Below the pieces are notes generated by a model. It had not been told where the DNA came from. It ran no database searches and saw nothing but the letters and a program-made list of their open reading frames with translations. Positions 38,066 to 51,176 of a stretch of 60,000 nucleotides of DNA are shown here, piece by piece; positions within the stretch are counted from its first letter, which is position 1; each line of letters opens with the position of its first letter. The stretch comes from Laetmonice hystrix (lineage: Eukaryota), in the NCBI GenBank assembly GCA_965235115.1, contig OZ249436.1, positions 19,098,001 through 19,158,000 on the forward strand, in the 5' to 3' direction. The translations under genes and the position numbers were made by a program.

Positions 38066-38899
38066 ACCTCTAAAAATCCCAACATTTCCCATCTTCTCTG
38101 TCTTCCGTGCGGTATGTGGCTCAGATCGATCCGAGCGACTTTGACAGGGGAAGGGGGGGGCCAAACGTCTGCTGACGCTGTGCACAGAGCAAGCAGCGCC
38201 GCAAGGCTCAACGCAATGTCGTTTGGAAATCCGGGCTAAAAGCGTCAACCCGGCGCTGGCGCCTCTACACCATGTTGATTCTAGAAGGACAGCTCCGCGA
38301 CTTCCAAACAGGATTCAGCCACAATGAATACGACATGTAATGGAAGATGTAGGATTGCAACCTTTGACCCCTTTGCCTGCTCTCTGCCATCCACCTCTAC
38401 ATTTGACTGTGCTGTTCTCTTCATAAAATCAAAAACCTACAGGGCAGACATACACGGTACGCATTGCATGTTGTACGTGCGCATATCGCACAAACCAGAG
38501 CATCTCTCCGCTTTGTGAGGAGGATATGACTCCCACTTCCAAATCTAACCAGGATCATTCCAACATCATATCTGACACAGCACCAATCCTGGTTTAAATC
38601 GGGTCTTACAACTAGCCGGGCGCGATTCGGAATGCATTCCCTGTCATTTTGGTGAATGGGTTTGTGCCGGTTTTTACTACTATATATCTTGGAGTTTGCA
38701 TGATGAATGGAAATGTGAACGTGGCCAGTAATAGCCTGGTGAGACTGAGGTAGGAAAACAAAGGACGGTGTGATGAGGACGACTCCGCCGTCCGAATGGA
38801 GGCACTCAAACTATAATCGATCTCATACGGCGCAACAAGAAAAGGGAGAATGTGATGGGCGCCGTCAGGAACACTGGGGGCTCAGCTTGCCCCTACTCC

Positions 38900-39070
38900 A
38901 GACCCCTTCCAGGTCTGACGGGGTGTCTACTAGCGCCCCAAACCCTCTAGGTCTGACTGGGGTGTCTGTAAATACCCCACCCCTTCCAGGTCTGACGGGG
39001 TGTTTACTAGCACCCCAAACCCTCCAGGTCTGACTGGGGTGTCTGCTAACACCACAGCCCTTCCAGACCC
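38900..39070. repeat. Degenerate ~39-bp repeat, ~4 copies
   Basis: Recurring ccaggtctgac(t)ggggtgtct blocks. Confidence 0.75.
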
Positions 39071-39084
39071 TCTGGGCCATGCAG

Positions 39085-39210
39085 CATTGAAATTGATCAA
39101 AAGCGGCCCAAAATGGCAAAAATTACAATAAAATCATACAGAGCGTAGCGAGGCTAAACATTTTTTTAGGTGGGCCCCCCCCCCTTATCAAAATCCTGGA
39201 TCCCCCACTG
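39085..39210. mobile_element. Fragment of a non-autonomous DNA transposon (one end only)
   Basis: Ends in aaaatcctggatcccccactg (reverse complement CAGTGGGGGATCCAGGATTTT), resembling CAGTGGCGGATCCAG-type termini common in invertebrate elements (from recall). No partner end was found. Confidence 0.4.
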
Positions 39211-40844
39211 CCTATTGCACAGCCAGGCACGGGCGTCTGTCGCGCCTGGATTTGAGCTGGACAGAGCGGAAGATGGCTGGTGTTTCGAATAATGTGAAAT
39301 ACAGTTCTACCTAAAAAATCTTCTTGTATGTCATTCAGTGTTAACTTATATTTCTTTGTGGGAAACACACCACTAAAATCCAGCCGTGTAAGTAATTGTT
39401 TTCGAAGTGGAGATGCTAATTTTCAAATCGATAACTGCAGATTTGTCGATCTACGCTAGGTGGCGACCGTCGTTTTGGAGTACGTTGCTGTCGGTCGTTG
39501 CTCGCCGGACTTTCATAATGTTTATGAATATCTTGTAATGAAATTAATTTGCAGGACGAAAATATGGATTGCCATCGAATTTTTAGTCCTTTAGATTAAG
39601 TCTGCATCTCCAGGGGTTGTCGCATGTATAACGTTTTTATCTGACCTAAAGAATGTGGTTCTGTTTGACATGTGGTTCTGTGCGACTCTTGAGGTCCTTC
39701 TTGGCCCCCATGATATAAAAACCCCACCCTACTCTTCCCTGAACTGGCTGATGGGTCGGAAGAAGATTGCATGGGTCCACGTTCGGTCGTAGTCTGGCAA
39801 CACGTGCTGATGGTTCAAACACTGAACCATGAACCATGATGAGTTACAACGTGTCCACTTGGAGCCGGGAGGGCGCAAGGCTGAGAAATGTGCGACTTGG
39901 CTCTTGTAAAGGGATGTAGCAATACAACCCGTTCCCCGTTAGTGGATTAACCCAATCTGTGACATAGTTTGGAATGACGGTGCAGAAAGAAACCTCTCAG
40001 TGCCATCTGTTAAAATAAAGACTGAGATTCAGCCCGGCCAGGGTAGAAACTCTGGCAATGCCTAAACCCTTGTGTTTTTATAATTATTCTCCATGAATTC
40101 CTCATCACATCCTGCAATGTTTATCACGACGAAGGCCCTAATTTACGCATCGGTTGCGGCAGACGGCAGACTTTTCAAAGGCGAGGTTATTAACTTCCTT
40201 CATAGACATGCAGAGACTTTTATTTAAAGGTTTAGACGCTCCGTCTATATGTTACCAATCAGTTTAGGTCGTCCTAGCTCTTCCGCCATGTGACACCAGG
40301 AATGACGCTATGCTAATCAAGGCATTGCATTTACTGCTTATACATACTGGTCTGCCATAATCCCAGGTCAAATAAATAATGTATGGAGTATACATAAACA
40401 CTCTCGGACCGGGAGGAGAATTATGTCAGACCTTTGAACTATTTAATCAACCACGGAGTATACCACCATCTTAATGAGCATACAGCATTCATTAATACCA
40501 CCCCCAGGTGAAGATAATCAAAAATGTCGACCTTAATTATCACCACTCGTATTAAATGTATAATATCTGTGTAGACTAACCAAATTTAACCCTTAGGTCG
40601 CGCAATTCATGGAATTCAACTTGGCAATCACCACTTGTAAAATATGTCCTCGTAAATTATACGGAAACCATGTTTTTGACAGGCATGAATAACCTGACCT
40701 CACTCAAACCCATGATTTACAAACCAAAGTATTGGGTTACCTTTAAGTAATGTACCTCAGTGATTCTTTACTCTTTTAAGATGTGACCTAATTTTTGACA
40801 AATGTCGAGATAAAGCGGAAACAGTTTACAGCGCGGGCTAAATT

Positions 40845-41457
40845 TAACAAGGCACTGTTTGTAGACCTGTCTGTATTCGTTAACAAGGCACTGTTTGTAG
40901 ACCTGTCTGTATACGTTAACAATGCACTGTTTGTAGACCTGTCTGTATACGTTAACAATGCACTGTTTGTAGACCTGTCTGTATTCGTTAACAAGGCACT
41001 GTTTGTAGACCTGTCTGTATTCGTTAACAAGGCACTGTTTGTAGACCTGTCTGTATTCGTTAACAAGGCACTGTTTGTAGACCTGTCTGTATTCGTTAAC
41101 AAGGCACTGTTTGTAGACCTGTCTGTATTCGTTAACAAGGCACTGTTTGTAGACCTGTCTGTATTCGTTAACAATGCACTGTTTGTAGACCTGTCTGTAT
41201 TCGTTAACAAGGCACTGTTTGTAGACCTGTCTGTATTCGTTAACAAGGCACTGTTTGTAGACTTGTCTGTATTCGTTAACAAGGCACTGTTTGTAGACCT
41301 GTCTGTATTCGTTAACAAGGCACTGTTTGTAGACCTGTCTGTATTCGGTAACAAGGCACTGTTTGTAGACCTGTCTGTATTAGTTAACAAGGCACTGTTT
41401 GTAGACCTGTCTGTATTCGTTAACAAGGCACTGTTTGTAGACGTGTCTGTATTCGTA
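40845..41457. repeat. 36-bp minisatellite (GTTAACAAGGCACTGTTTGTAGACCTGTCTGTATTC), ~17 copies
   Basis: Exact 36-bp period; it accounts for the ORFs at 40788-41559. Confidence 0.97.
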
Positions 41458-42592
41458 GATAGGCATTTTCACAATCACTGTCACGGTCTCACAACCACCA
41501 AACGCAGAATCTATAATCGACTGTTCTCACAAAGCTGTTCCAGTGTCACTAAACGATAACGTGGGGCATCAATTAAGACGTTCTCCGTCCCAGAAAGGAT
41601 TCCCAAGACGCCGTACACGCCCACCGAATCCCATAACACCACCGAAATGTTATATTTTGACACATCCTCTTATAATAATCACCTATTGTTTTCTATAACG
41701 AAATCCTCCCTCAGCGCCGACCGCCGTCCGTGTGTGGGCGTGTTGTACCACTTCCTGTCGGTGAACGCAGCAGTTTTCACCTCTGACATTTACAATCACA
41801 CCGCCTCTTCATTGTCCGAGAAACAACCCAGTTTCCTTTCTCCTCTCATCAGGTGTCAGGAAGTTTGACTAAACAAGAAGGGCAGGTTACCCACGGGTCG
41901 TCCCTTTCAGAGAACCGTAGGGCGCCAAACCAAATCATCCGACCCTGCCGGATATCATGATGACTTTTATAACGTTAGTATAACGCTTTAACCCCCTATT
42001 TCAATTTTCTCTCTTGGAGATCGAAATGTGTAACTCAAAAATGTCCTAACCCCAATCTTAACCCTAACCCTAAAATTTAACTTAGGGTTCGTTAGGTTTA
42101 TTTTGTCATTCGAGACTGGAGGAACGGGAGGGGGTGCATCAAACCTTGTAGACTGGTGTTACAGGACTGGGCGATACGCCCCCTTCTCCTCCCCCTTCTC
42201 CTTTCCCCTTCTCCCCCTTCTCCTCCCCGTTCTCCCCCTTCTCCTCCACTGTTTCAGGGTGTAGGATTCTGTAAGTTGGGGGGGGGGGGGTACGATTGAC
42301 AATGCATTGTTCCCCACCGCATGCCCGATGAGAACTGCCCACGTTTAACTCTCAAACTACACTTTACCACTGAACGCTATCTTTAATTTGGGGCGATGAT
42401 TGGTTGAATTGGACGTGTCTCGGTGGTTGTACGTGTTGTCTCAGACAGCCATGAGCCAGTCGGAACGTACTGCCTGTTCATTAATAAACCACTCTTAATT
42501 CAGCGTCCGTCTCCCTCCCATTTCTCCTCGTGTACCTCGTCAACTCGGCACTGCTATTAATACATTCATAGATATCGGCCGCATCTTACGAT

Positions 42593-43805
42593 GTACGTGG
42601 GACGCTGTGAGCACTGAGGACGACGTACTGGGGACGCTGTGACGTACGTGGGACGCTGTGCGCACCGAGGACGACGTACTGGGGACGCTGTGACGTACGT
42701 GGGACGCTGTGCGCACCGAGGACGACGTACTGGGGACGCTGTGACGTACGTGGGACGCTGTGAGCACCGAGGACAACGTACTGGGGACGCTGTGACGTAC
42801 GGGGGACGCTGTGAGCACCGAGGATGACGTACTGGGGACGCTGTGACGTACGGGGGACGCTGTGAGCACCGAGGACAACGTACTGGGGACGCTGTGACGT
42901 ACGTGGGACGCTGTGAGCACTGAGGACAACGTACTGGGGACGCTGTGACGTACGTGGGACGCTGTGAGCACTGAGGACAACGTACTGGGGACGCTGTGAC
43001 GTACGTGGGACGCTGTGAGCACCGAGGATGACGTACTGGGGACGCTGTGACGTACGTGGGACGCTGTGAGCACTGAGGACAACGTACTGGGGACGCTGTG
43101 ACGTACGTGGGACGCTGTGAGCACTGAGGACAACGTACTGGGGACGCTGTGACGTACGTGGGACGCTGTGAGCACCGAGGATGACGTACTGGGGACGCTG
43201 TGACGTACGTGGGACGCTGTGAGCACAGAGGACGACGTACTGGGGACGCTGTGACGTACGGGGGACGCTGTGAGCACTGAGGACGACGTACGTGGGACGC
43301 TGTGAGCACTGAGGACGACGTATACTGGGGACGCTGAGACGTACGTGGGACGCTGTGAGCACTGAGGACGACGTACTGGGGACGCTGTGACGTACGTGGG
43401 ACGCTGTGAGCACCGAGGCCGACGTGCTGGGGACGCTGTGACGTACGGGGGACGCTGTGAGCACTGAGGACGACGTATACTGGGGACGCTGTGACGTACG
43501 GGGGACGCTGTGAGCACTGAGGACGACGTACGGGAGACGCTGTGAGCACTGAGGACGACGTACTGGGGACGCTGTGACGTATAGGGGACGCTGTGAGCAC
43601 TGAGGACGACGTACTGGGGACGCTGTGAGCACTGAGGACGACGTATACTGGGGACGCTGTGACGTACAGGGGACGCTGTGACGTATAGGGGACGCTGTGA
43701 CGTACGACAGACGCTATGACGTACGGGGACGATGTGACGTAAGGGATGATGTTACGTTCGACGGACGCTGTGACGTACGACGGACGCTGTGACGTACGAC
43801 AGACG
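42593..43805. repeat. Compound 51-bp minisatellite built from two GGGACGCTGTGA-containing subunits, grading into ~19-20-bp units
   Basis: Period is 51 (42599, 42650); the right end has simple gacgctgtgacgtacg units. Confidence 0.95.
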
Positions 43806-43874
43806 TTTTTACGTACATCAGCTGGTACCACAACTGCTACTTCAGCAAAATCTACATTGTTGCCAGTTTCCGTA

Positions 43875-44087
43875 AAGTGCTGAACCCACCAAGGCGATTC
43901 CCCTTGCGACGGCCATGCGATTTTTGATTTAATGGTTGAATTTCACTCTGAAATTTTTCCTGGCTGGCCTTCTCTGTTTTAGAAAATGGGTTCCATCCTT
44001 TAATCTCAAAATTACAGTAAAATAAAAGGGTGATGTCAAAATCGCATGGGCGCCGCAAGGGGAATCGCCTTGGTGGGTTCAGCACTT
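43875..44087. mobile_element. MITE, 213 bp, with ~50-bp TIRs and TA flanks
   Basis: AAGTGCTGAACCCACCAAGGCGATTCCCCTTGCGACGGCCATGCGATTTT pairs with AAAATCGCATGGGCGCCGCAAGGGGAATCGCCTTGGTGGGTTCAGCACTT. TA lies at 43873-74 and 44088-89. Confidence 0.88.
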
Positions 44088-44968
44088 TAGACTGTATTTA
44101 GCACAAGGTTATCGCAAATTTATGAAAAGGGAAAATTAAATTTTAAAAAATTAAAGAAATAAATAAATACTTGAAAACAACCACTACCGCCGATTACAGG
44201 TTTCTGCAAAAGAAACAAAACAGACGGGGACCGCCAGCTCCTCAGGTGCGGAGGCGGCGTGCTCCCTCTCTAGGTCAGCCTAATAAAAACAGTATCTACA
44301 TCAGAGAGACCCGAGTTAGCTTTCAATGTTTTAATGACCAGACACCGATCTGTATTCTCCAGGAAATCTCGTACCCGACCTAACTAACATTCACAACAAA
44401 GGCCTTCCTTCCCACCAGGTGCCACCACCGACATCTTTTAAATTTTTAAATTTTATTTATTTCGACACCAAAAGAACATTTCAGTATAGATCTCGTTGTT
44501 TCTCAACGCAGACGAGATGTAACTTTTTTCAATTTTGGATATGAAATTGAAGTGCTTAGACCAACCGTTGCCAGGCAACCCCACACAACCACCTAATTTT
44601 AACAAGAAAAACGTAGTAATGTAAAGAATAATGCCGCCCAACACCAGAACCTATACGATTAAAAGTGCTTATGGCTTGTATAATATTAACACCAATGCGA
44701 TTGTATCACATACTGGCAACTGTTATCATAAAATTAACTTAATCATCTTCATTATAATCATACGTACTATAAATTAGCACACATTTTCTGGTCGGTGTTT
44801 TAAAGGTTCTAGCTCGACGTGTTAGATTTTAAGTCCTCGTGTCGTTCTTACGACCCAAGGTTTACCCATCTTACTAAGGCGATTTAATGTTTGTAAATTT
44901 TTGATCTAAAGACAAAAGCTTGTCAAAAATCACATTTGGACCGCCACAAGACCTCCATGTATACTCAC

Positions 44969-45170
44969 CTTTCACAGTATTAGTTGGACATAAATGTCTT
45001 CCCCCCCCCCCCCCCCATTCCAAGAAGTCATAAGGCGAACATGACAACCGTGTCAAAATCACTGGCTTCAGCAGCGCAGCCATTGTGGCGTTGTCCGGAA
45101 GTCCGTTGACGTCACAATTCTATTAAAGTTCCGGTCTATATCTATTTGAGCATGCGCACGCGGCTGTCTG
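44969..45170 (-). promoter_or_regulatory. Candidate promoter plus first exon ending at a perfect donor AAG|GTGAGTAT (exon end 44969)
   Basis: CCGGAAGT, TGACGTCA and GCATGCGC motifs lie at ~45095-45158. ATGGCT at 45083 is open to the donor (38 codons plus 1 nt, dependent on the G-run length). Confidence 0.35.
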
Positions 45171-45394
45171 CCAGCAAGCGAGCGGACCGATCAATCAATC
45201 GAGGCCGGGGTTGTCGGGGCTAGGCTAGAGATGACCAGGGGGAGTGGGTTAGGGGGGGGGGTCAGTCCCACGAGAGGCTGGACGAGTAGGCCTAGTACAC
45301 AGACATGGAGGGCTCCAGGTGGTCGGGCGATGGTCCAGGCGAAAATTTCACGGCCTTTGTGCCTGGCCATGTGCCAACTGGGATGTGCCTTTTC

Positions 45395-45522
45395 TTTTAA
45401 TGGTGGAATTTCGCTCTGTAATTTTTCCTGGATGGCCATCCCTGTTTCTGGAAATGGGTTCCAAAATCTCAAAATCGCACTAAAATAACAGGGCGATGTC
45501 AACATCGCATGGACGTCGAAAG
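45395..45522 (+). mobile_element. Decayed partial copy of the 43875-44087 MITE
   Basis: tttaatggtggaatttcgctctgtaatttttcctggatggcc...aaatgggttcca...atctcaaaatcgcactaaaataacagggcgatgtcaacatcgcatgg aligns by eye to 43928-44050. Confidence 0.8.
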
Positions 45523-45711
45523 GACATTTCAGCGCCCCTTTCGAGTTGGTGTCACGAAGGCCCCCCCCCCCACCCCATGTCGACGGTATACGCTATATAC
45601 AACCTACCACCGTCTTACTACCCTAATATATTACTGGCTAACCCAATGAGTGGGCTTCCTTGACTATCTGTTTGTAGAACTGATCTGATCTAGGCGGGAC
45701 GAGATACTCAC

Positions 45712-45804
45712 GCCCCGGACGTCGTCTTGACTCGGAATGACGTGACATTCTCGGAGAAGGTTTCGAGGACTGGACTGATCTGATTTCAGCGAGGGCCTTA
45801 TATA
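45712..45804 (-). promoter_or_regulatory. Candidate TATA+Inr core promoter with a short first exon
   Basis: On the minus strand: TATATAAG at 45804-45797, Inr-like TCAGTC (A at 45776) or CCAGTC (A at 45771), then donor GGGC|GTGAGTAT with exon end 45712. Confidence 0.4.
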
Positions 45805-48800
45805 TCAGTGAGGATATCGGTCCATCCTAAGATCAGTATCGACCGGTCATACAGGCCCGCTGGCCACTGCCCGCTCCAAACCGACGTTTGTAAAAATCAC
45901 ATTTAGTGCCGACAGAACAGGAAACGCGCTCACACCTCGCCTTTCATCCGAACCGGGGCGCTGCTGTACACATCCGGGTAATTTGCTCACAAGTGAGAGA
46001 ACATTAGGTTTGGGTGATAATATCAGGAGGAATGGCAAGGCAGACCACGGAATGGTTGCGATCACCGACGTTAGCCGAGGGGCTGCTATTATAGTGCTGC
46101 ATGTGCTTCCAACGAGCTCGAACAGATCAAGAGAAACCCCGTCCAAGTGTACGGTCATAGAACAATAAAATATCTGTACTACGTCACGCTCTCCTCATTT
46201 ATTTACTTAGCGTCGCGTCCTGACAGGCATAGAACTATGACGTCATCACACACAAAATGACGTTCTCCAGGCGTAGCGTAGCACTCCAAGCTTGCCGTAG
46301 CATAATATTATATATATGACAATTTCTCGTCTCGCAACAGTTTGGCCACGAATAATGTTGCAAGCCGCACCTCAAGAAAACTATATAGGGAGTGAAAGTG
46401 ACATCACCCTGTGGGACGACAATGGGTGGAACAGAGCCACTTCCGGGGAATGACGCACAGTTGTAAACATAGGAGAATCGCGGCATGTGAAGATACAAGC
46501 AGAGTTAAAAATATTTTAAGGCTAGATTCAGACTTATCATTCAGATACAGAAATCATCTGTGCAAAGTTGGAAATTAATAATTGCAGTGGGCTAGGCTTG
46601 TTGGGGAATGTCGTAAGGTTTTGTCCGTTGCTTTAACCATTGCCGCCAAGCGGCTATTCGCCTATATTTTGGACTGTAAAGGGAGGGCCCTCAAAATAAT
46701 TATGTCCAAATTAATGTCGGCCTATCAACTGAAAAAAAATAATTAACTGTGTGAACATTCTAGGCTGTTCCTTCCCCAGAAGCATAGATCTATATTGTTT
46801 TCGCATGTGGGTACTATCTGCCTTGGAAAGGGCCGTCCTTGTTTACAGACTGGGGAAACATCCCTGGTCGAACCCTGGTAAATAGGTGACAGAATCGGGC
46901 AAGAGTTCATGTCGGGGGGGGGGGGGGGGGGTGCATAGACCTCAATTATACGTCAAGCCACCTATCGGAGAGTTTGTCGCTGCATGACATATCGTCAAGG
47001 TCATACTGCTAAAAGCCGAGCCTCTTGACTGTCTTAAAGGCAGACCTTTAGTATTTCAGTCGTTGGTAGGCCTAAATGGGCATCCTATGTTAGATCATTT
47101 CTTTAATTCAAACAAATACAAAGCTTTTATTACGATACAAGCTCATTTGTCAGTGACCTATATATTCCCTTTGGTGCGTGTGCTTATTATCGGTTAATAA
47201 CTATGACCTTGGCTGACCTTGCGGACGTGCCCTTGGTGAGAACAATAATACCGAGGACCGAGTATATCGGGTAGAGACATCAATCATTACTTACAGACCT
47301 GCATCTCTACCCTGGAAATCCGTCCAGTGCTCACCTCCTGCCCTGGTGTATAATAACAACTAGTTTATCTGGCCACCCACTGGCCTGGGAACACAAAGGT
47401 TGGTCGATAGCAGTACAAAATTCAGGGGGTAATTGTTCGACTCTGTAATCAACAGTAAATTACGGGTACGATCGGAAGTTAACCAGATCACAACAACAAG
47501 AAAACCGGCTTGTCAGCGCTGTCATTCATACAAACAGAAAAATAGGCTGATTTAAGCAATCAGCAAAAACGCAATAACAACGCAATAATGTGGTCCTATT
47601 TTTCCCAGAACCGTTCAGAGTCGTCCGAAAAGTGTAAAGTGCCAGAGAAGTCGGGCTGATTATACACGACAATGGGGACCATCCTGGGTTGTTGCTGAGC
47701 TATTGTTTTAGCCATTAATGTCCTTCTGCCTCTGTTACTTTGCTAAGTGACGACAGGTATTTTTTTTTTAAACAACAAACCGTAATTGCCTGCCTACCAG
47801 GTTGGTGGCCTTCTGTCAACATTACGGGCTGGCTGTGTACCTGATGGGTTGACGTCGAGCCGTGACAGTCCCTGTCCGACTAGATTTAGGCTAACTTGAC
47901 AAGCGAGGTTGCCTTGGGAGCGGGGGCCACGTCAGGCTGGACAGATGAGTCGATTTACTTGTCACGTCCAAATCGAGGCAAATATTTCTGACGCGTAGTT
48001 ACCCGGCAGGTTCTTGCACGGGGATATTTGCGCTCAGTTGTAAACACACATAGTTCTAAACATGTACACACGTAATCCACTACAGGTGTCCAGTATTTGC
48101 CCTGCCTATCAACAACCTCTCGGCATTGGGTAAATTTCTTGAATCTCCTATTTATAAAATATGACAAGTGACAGTGCCGATTGGGTTAGTATTCGTTCTT
48201 TCCGAAAGCAATATCACACTTGAAGAATCGTTAATATAAGGTTTAATATTATATTCTGTATAATGCCGGTGGCCTGTACAACATCCGAGCTACCACACTT
48301 TATGTGCTAGCAGTCAGGAAAGGTTTCTCTTAATTAAATGCTGAACAGCCAGGAACTTTTTCCAGTAATGAGCCGAGAAGTCAGGAAAGCTTATAATTAT
48401 TGGCTAACTTAGCATTCAGAACACATTTCAATTGATAGTCTGCCAGTCACGTCAGGAAGACTGCAGTGGGACCGCGAGTCATTTAGCGCCCGTACCCAGC
48501 TAGGCGGGGAGCTATAGCTAATAGCCATAGCTCCCTTTCCTATTTAGAATCCTATTTATTTTAGGCAACTGTCTATCTTTATAGATGTGGTATCATTCCT
48601 TCTTGTCAGTTTCACATTGTACGTGTCCGTCGCTGGTCAGAGAGAATCCCAGCTGGCTGACCACGCATGCGCAGTAGTTGGAGCGTACACGCATCAAAAG
48701 CGACATCTATCGGACGGCGCGTGCGACAACCGTGACGTGGATTATAACCGTGACGTTTTGTTCTATACAGCGTCTGGCGTCGTATGTCGGCTCTCCACAG

Positions 48801-49647
48801 CTGTGTATATCACCTCGCTGTCTGAGGACACAACGCTTGACCCCCTGTGACTTCAATACGACGTCCACATGCAGGGGAAAGCTTGTTTTTAGGAAGACGG
48901 TTTAAGTTCGGGAAGGAGTGGAGCATAACATGAAACAACTGGTTGAATCTAAATGTATAAATGATGATGACGATTAGAAAATCCGACTTTATTAATAAGT
49001 ATTTCCTTATATTATCTTGGTAAATCGCGGGGATCGAGGCAATGCAGTCTCCACGTCTGTGAACGCCCCTAGCAACGTTTTCCGTACACCATACACCGTG
49101 GATGGGTGCGCAATCCATAATGTAGAAGCTGGCCTTCCGTCAATGCAGTCTATACTCTCCAAGGTCACCCTGTATCAGTTCAATCGGAGTTGTAACCTGA
49201 CCGCGTGGGTGTCTCAACCTAGACACGAGGTCGTTTGTAGGCAAGGTAGAACATAGTACAAATGGCTGGAAATCGCTAGAATAATGTGAAATATTTGTAC
49301 TATAGTATAGGACATCAGATAATATATCAGAGTAAATGAGAGGTACTCTCTGGAATATTCTAAAAAAACATAAAGCACGGAACCCTTAAAAGTCAAGGGA
49401 CTAAGAAACAAATGTGACTTTGCTAATCCACCAAAGCTATACGTTCAAACAATATGTATGTTATTATGGTTCAGGTAATATACCAACCAAAGGGTAACTG
49501 TTGAGCGTGTCCGACGGCCCACAATCTTACCATTACTGGCGGGAGGACGGTTACAGGACATGATACAATCTTGGATGTATCATGAACCCCCCATGCATTC
49601 TCCACCCCAATCTCAGAGTCATCCTTGATCCATATCATAATGTGTAG

Positions 49648-50252
49648 GATACTGGCGGGAGGACGGTTACATGGTGGTTCTCAGGATACTGGCGGGAGGA
49701 CGGTTACATGGTGGTTCTCAGGATACTGGCGGGAGGACGGTTACAGGATGGTTCTCAGGATACTGGCGGGAGGACGGTTACAGCACATGATACTGGCGGG
49801 AGGACGGTTACAGGACATGATATTGGCGGGAGGACGGTTACAGGACATGATACTAGCGGGAGGACGGTTACAGGATGGTTGTCATGATACTGGCGGGAGG
49901 ACGGTTACAGGACATGAGACTAGCGGGAGGACGGTTACAGGACATGATACTGGCGGCAGGACGGTTACAGGATGGTTGTCATGATACTGGCGGGAGGACG
50001 GTTACAGGATGGTTGTCATGATACTGGCGGGAGGACGGTTACAGGACATGAGACTAGCGGGAGGACGGTTACAGGACATGATACTGGCGGGAGGACGGTT
50101 ACAGGATGGTTGTCATGATACTGGCGGGAGGACGGTTACAGGATGGTTCTCATCATTCTGGCGGGAGGACGGTTACAGGACATGATACTGGCGGGAGGAC
50201 GGTTACAGGACATGAGACTAGCGGGAGGACGGTTACAGGATGGTTGTCATGA
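49648..50252. repeat. 30/37-bp minisatellite with core GATACTGGCGGGAGGACGGTTACAG (array A)
   Basis: Constant core plus a few linker variants; an isolated unit also lies at 49534-49566. Confidence 0.96.
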
Positions 50253-51176
50253 AGACGACATCAGCTGCCATCATGACGTAAACATACCAACTCTCACTAA
50301 CAATACGAGGAGTCACTCGCTATCCGTGCAGCCCGACAGAGGGCGCTGTTCATTGGATCAGTGCCGGTTTCCGCGAAAAGGAGATCTGGTTTCGATCGAT
50401 GTTTTTTTTTACACACCACAGTAAAAGCGGTTGGTTTTATACGTAGCTCTAATGGATATGGCCTTTTGTCGAATAGAACAACGTATATAGCGGAGGCCGC
50501 CCAATAAATGCCAGAAAAAGAAATTTAAAAGTCACAACCAAAGTTAAAAGGAAATACTCTATTTTCTAGGGATGGGATAGCTGATAGCACAAATGCTCTC
50601 TTTGTCCATCGTCACCAATCCTTCCCCAGTCCCACCTCGGGAAGATACCATTGTGTTGAGGTAGATGTTTTATGGGTGGGGGTTTGGGAGGGGGGGGGGG
50701 CTATCCAGTTTGATCGATCGGCTTGTCAAACGTAAAAATGGTCGGAGGGTTTCTCGAGGATATCTGGATTTATTCCTAATTATCCTAAGGCGGGGGTGAA
50801 GTCAATAGAGGGTAACTGGAGTGGGTGGTTATGACTGGAGGTCTGCCCTGGAGGAGCAGGGCATGGGGTCCAGCTCTGGAGGACCTGGCGGGGTAGGGCC
50901 CCAGCACCTGGAGTGGACGAACGTGCATAGCTCTGATACGATGGCACCGCTGGCCCTCATGTCCTCCTGGACAGCTCGGTGAGATGGGAAGGTGGGGGGG
51001 GGGGGGGTCTCATACAATGGTGGATTAAGGTACGGGAGCCGAACCCCCCATCTCCCTCCTTTTTCCATACGAGGGTGACGCTATACCTATACCAAAAATA
51101 GCATAACAGAAGTTTAATTTTGCTCTAAGAGTACATGTACTAGGACTAAAGTCATATATCGTGTACAAGATGAAAG

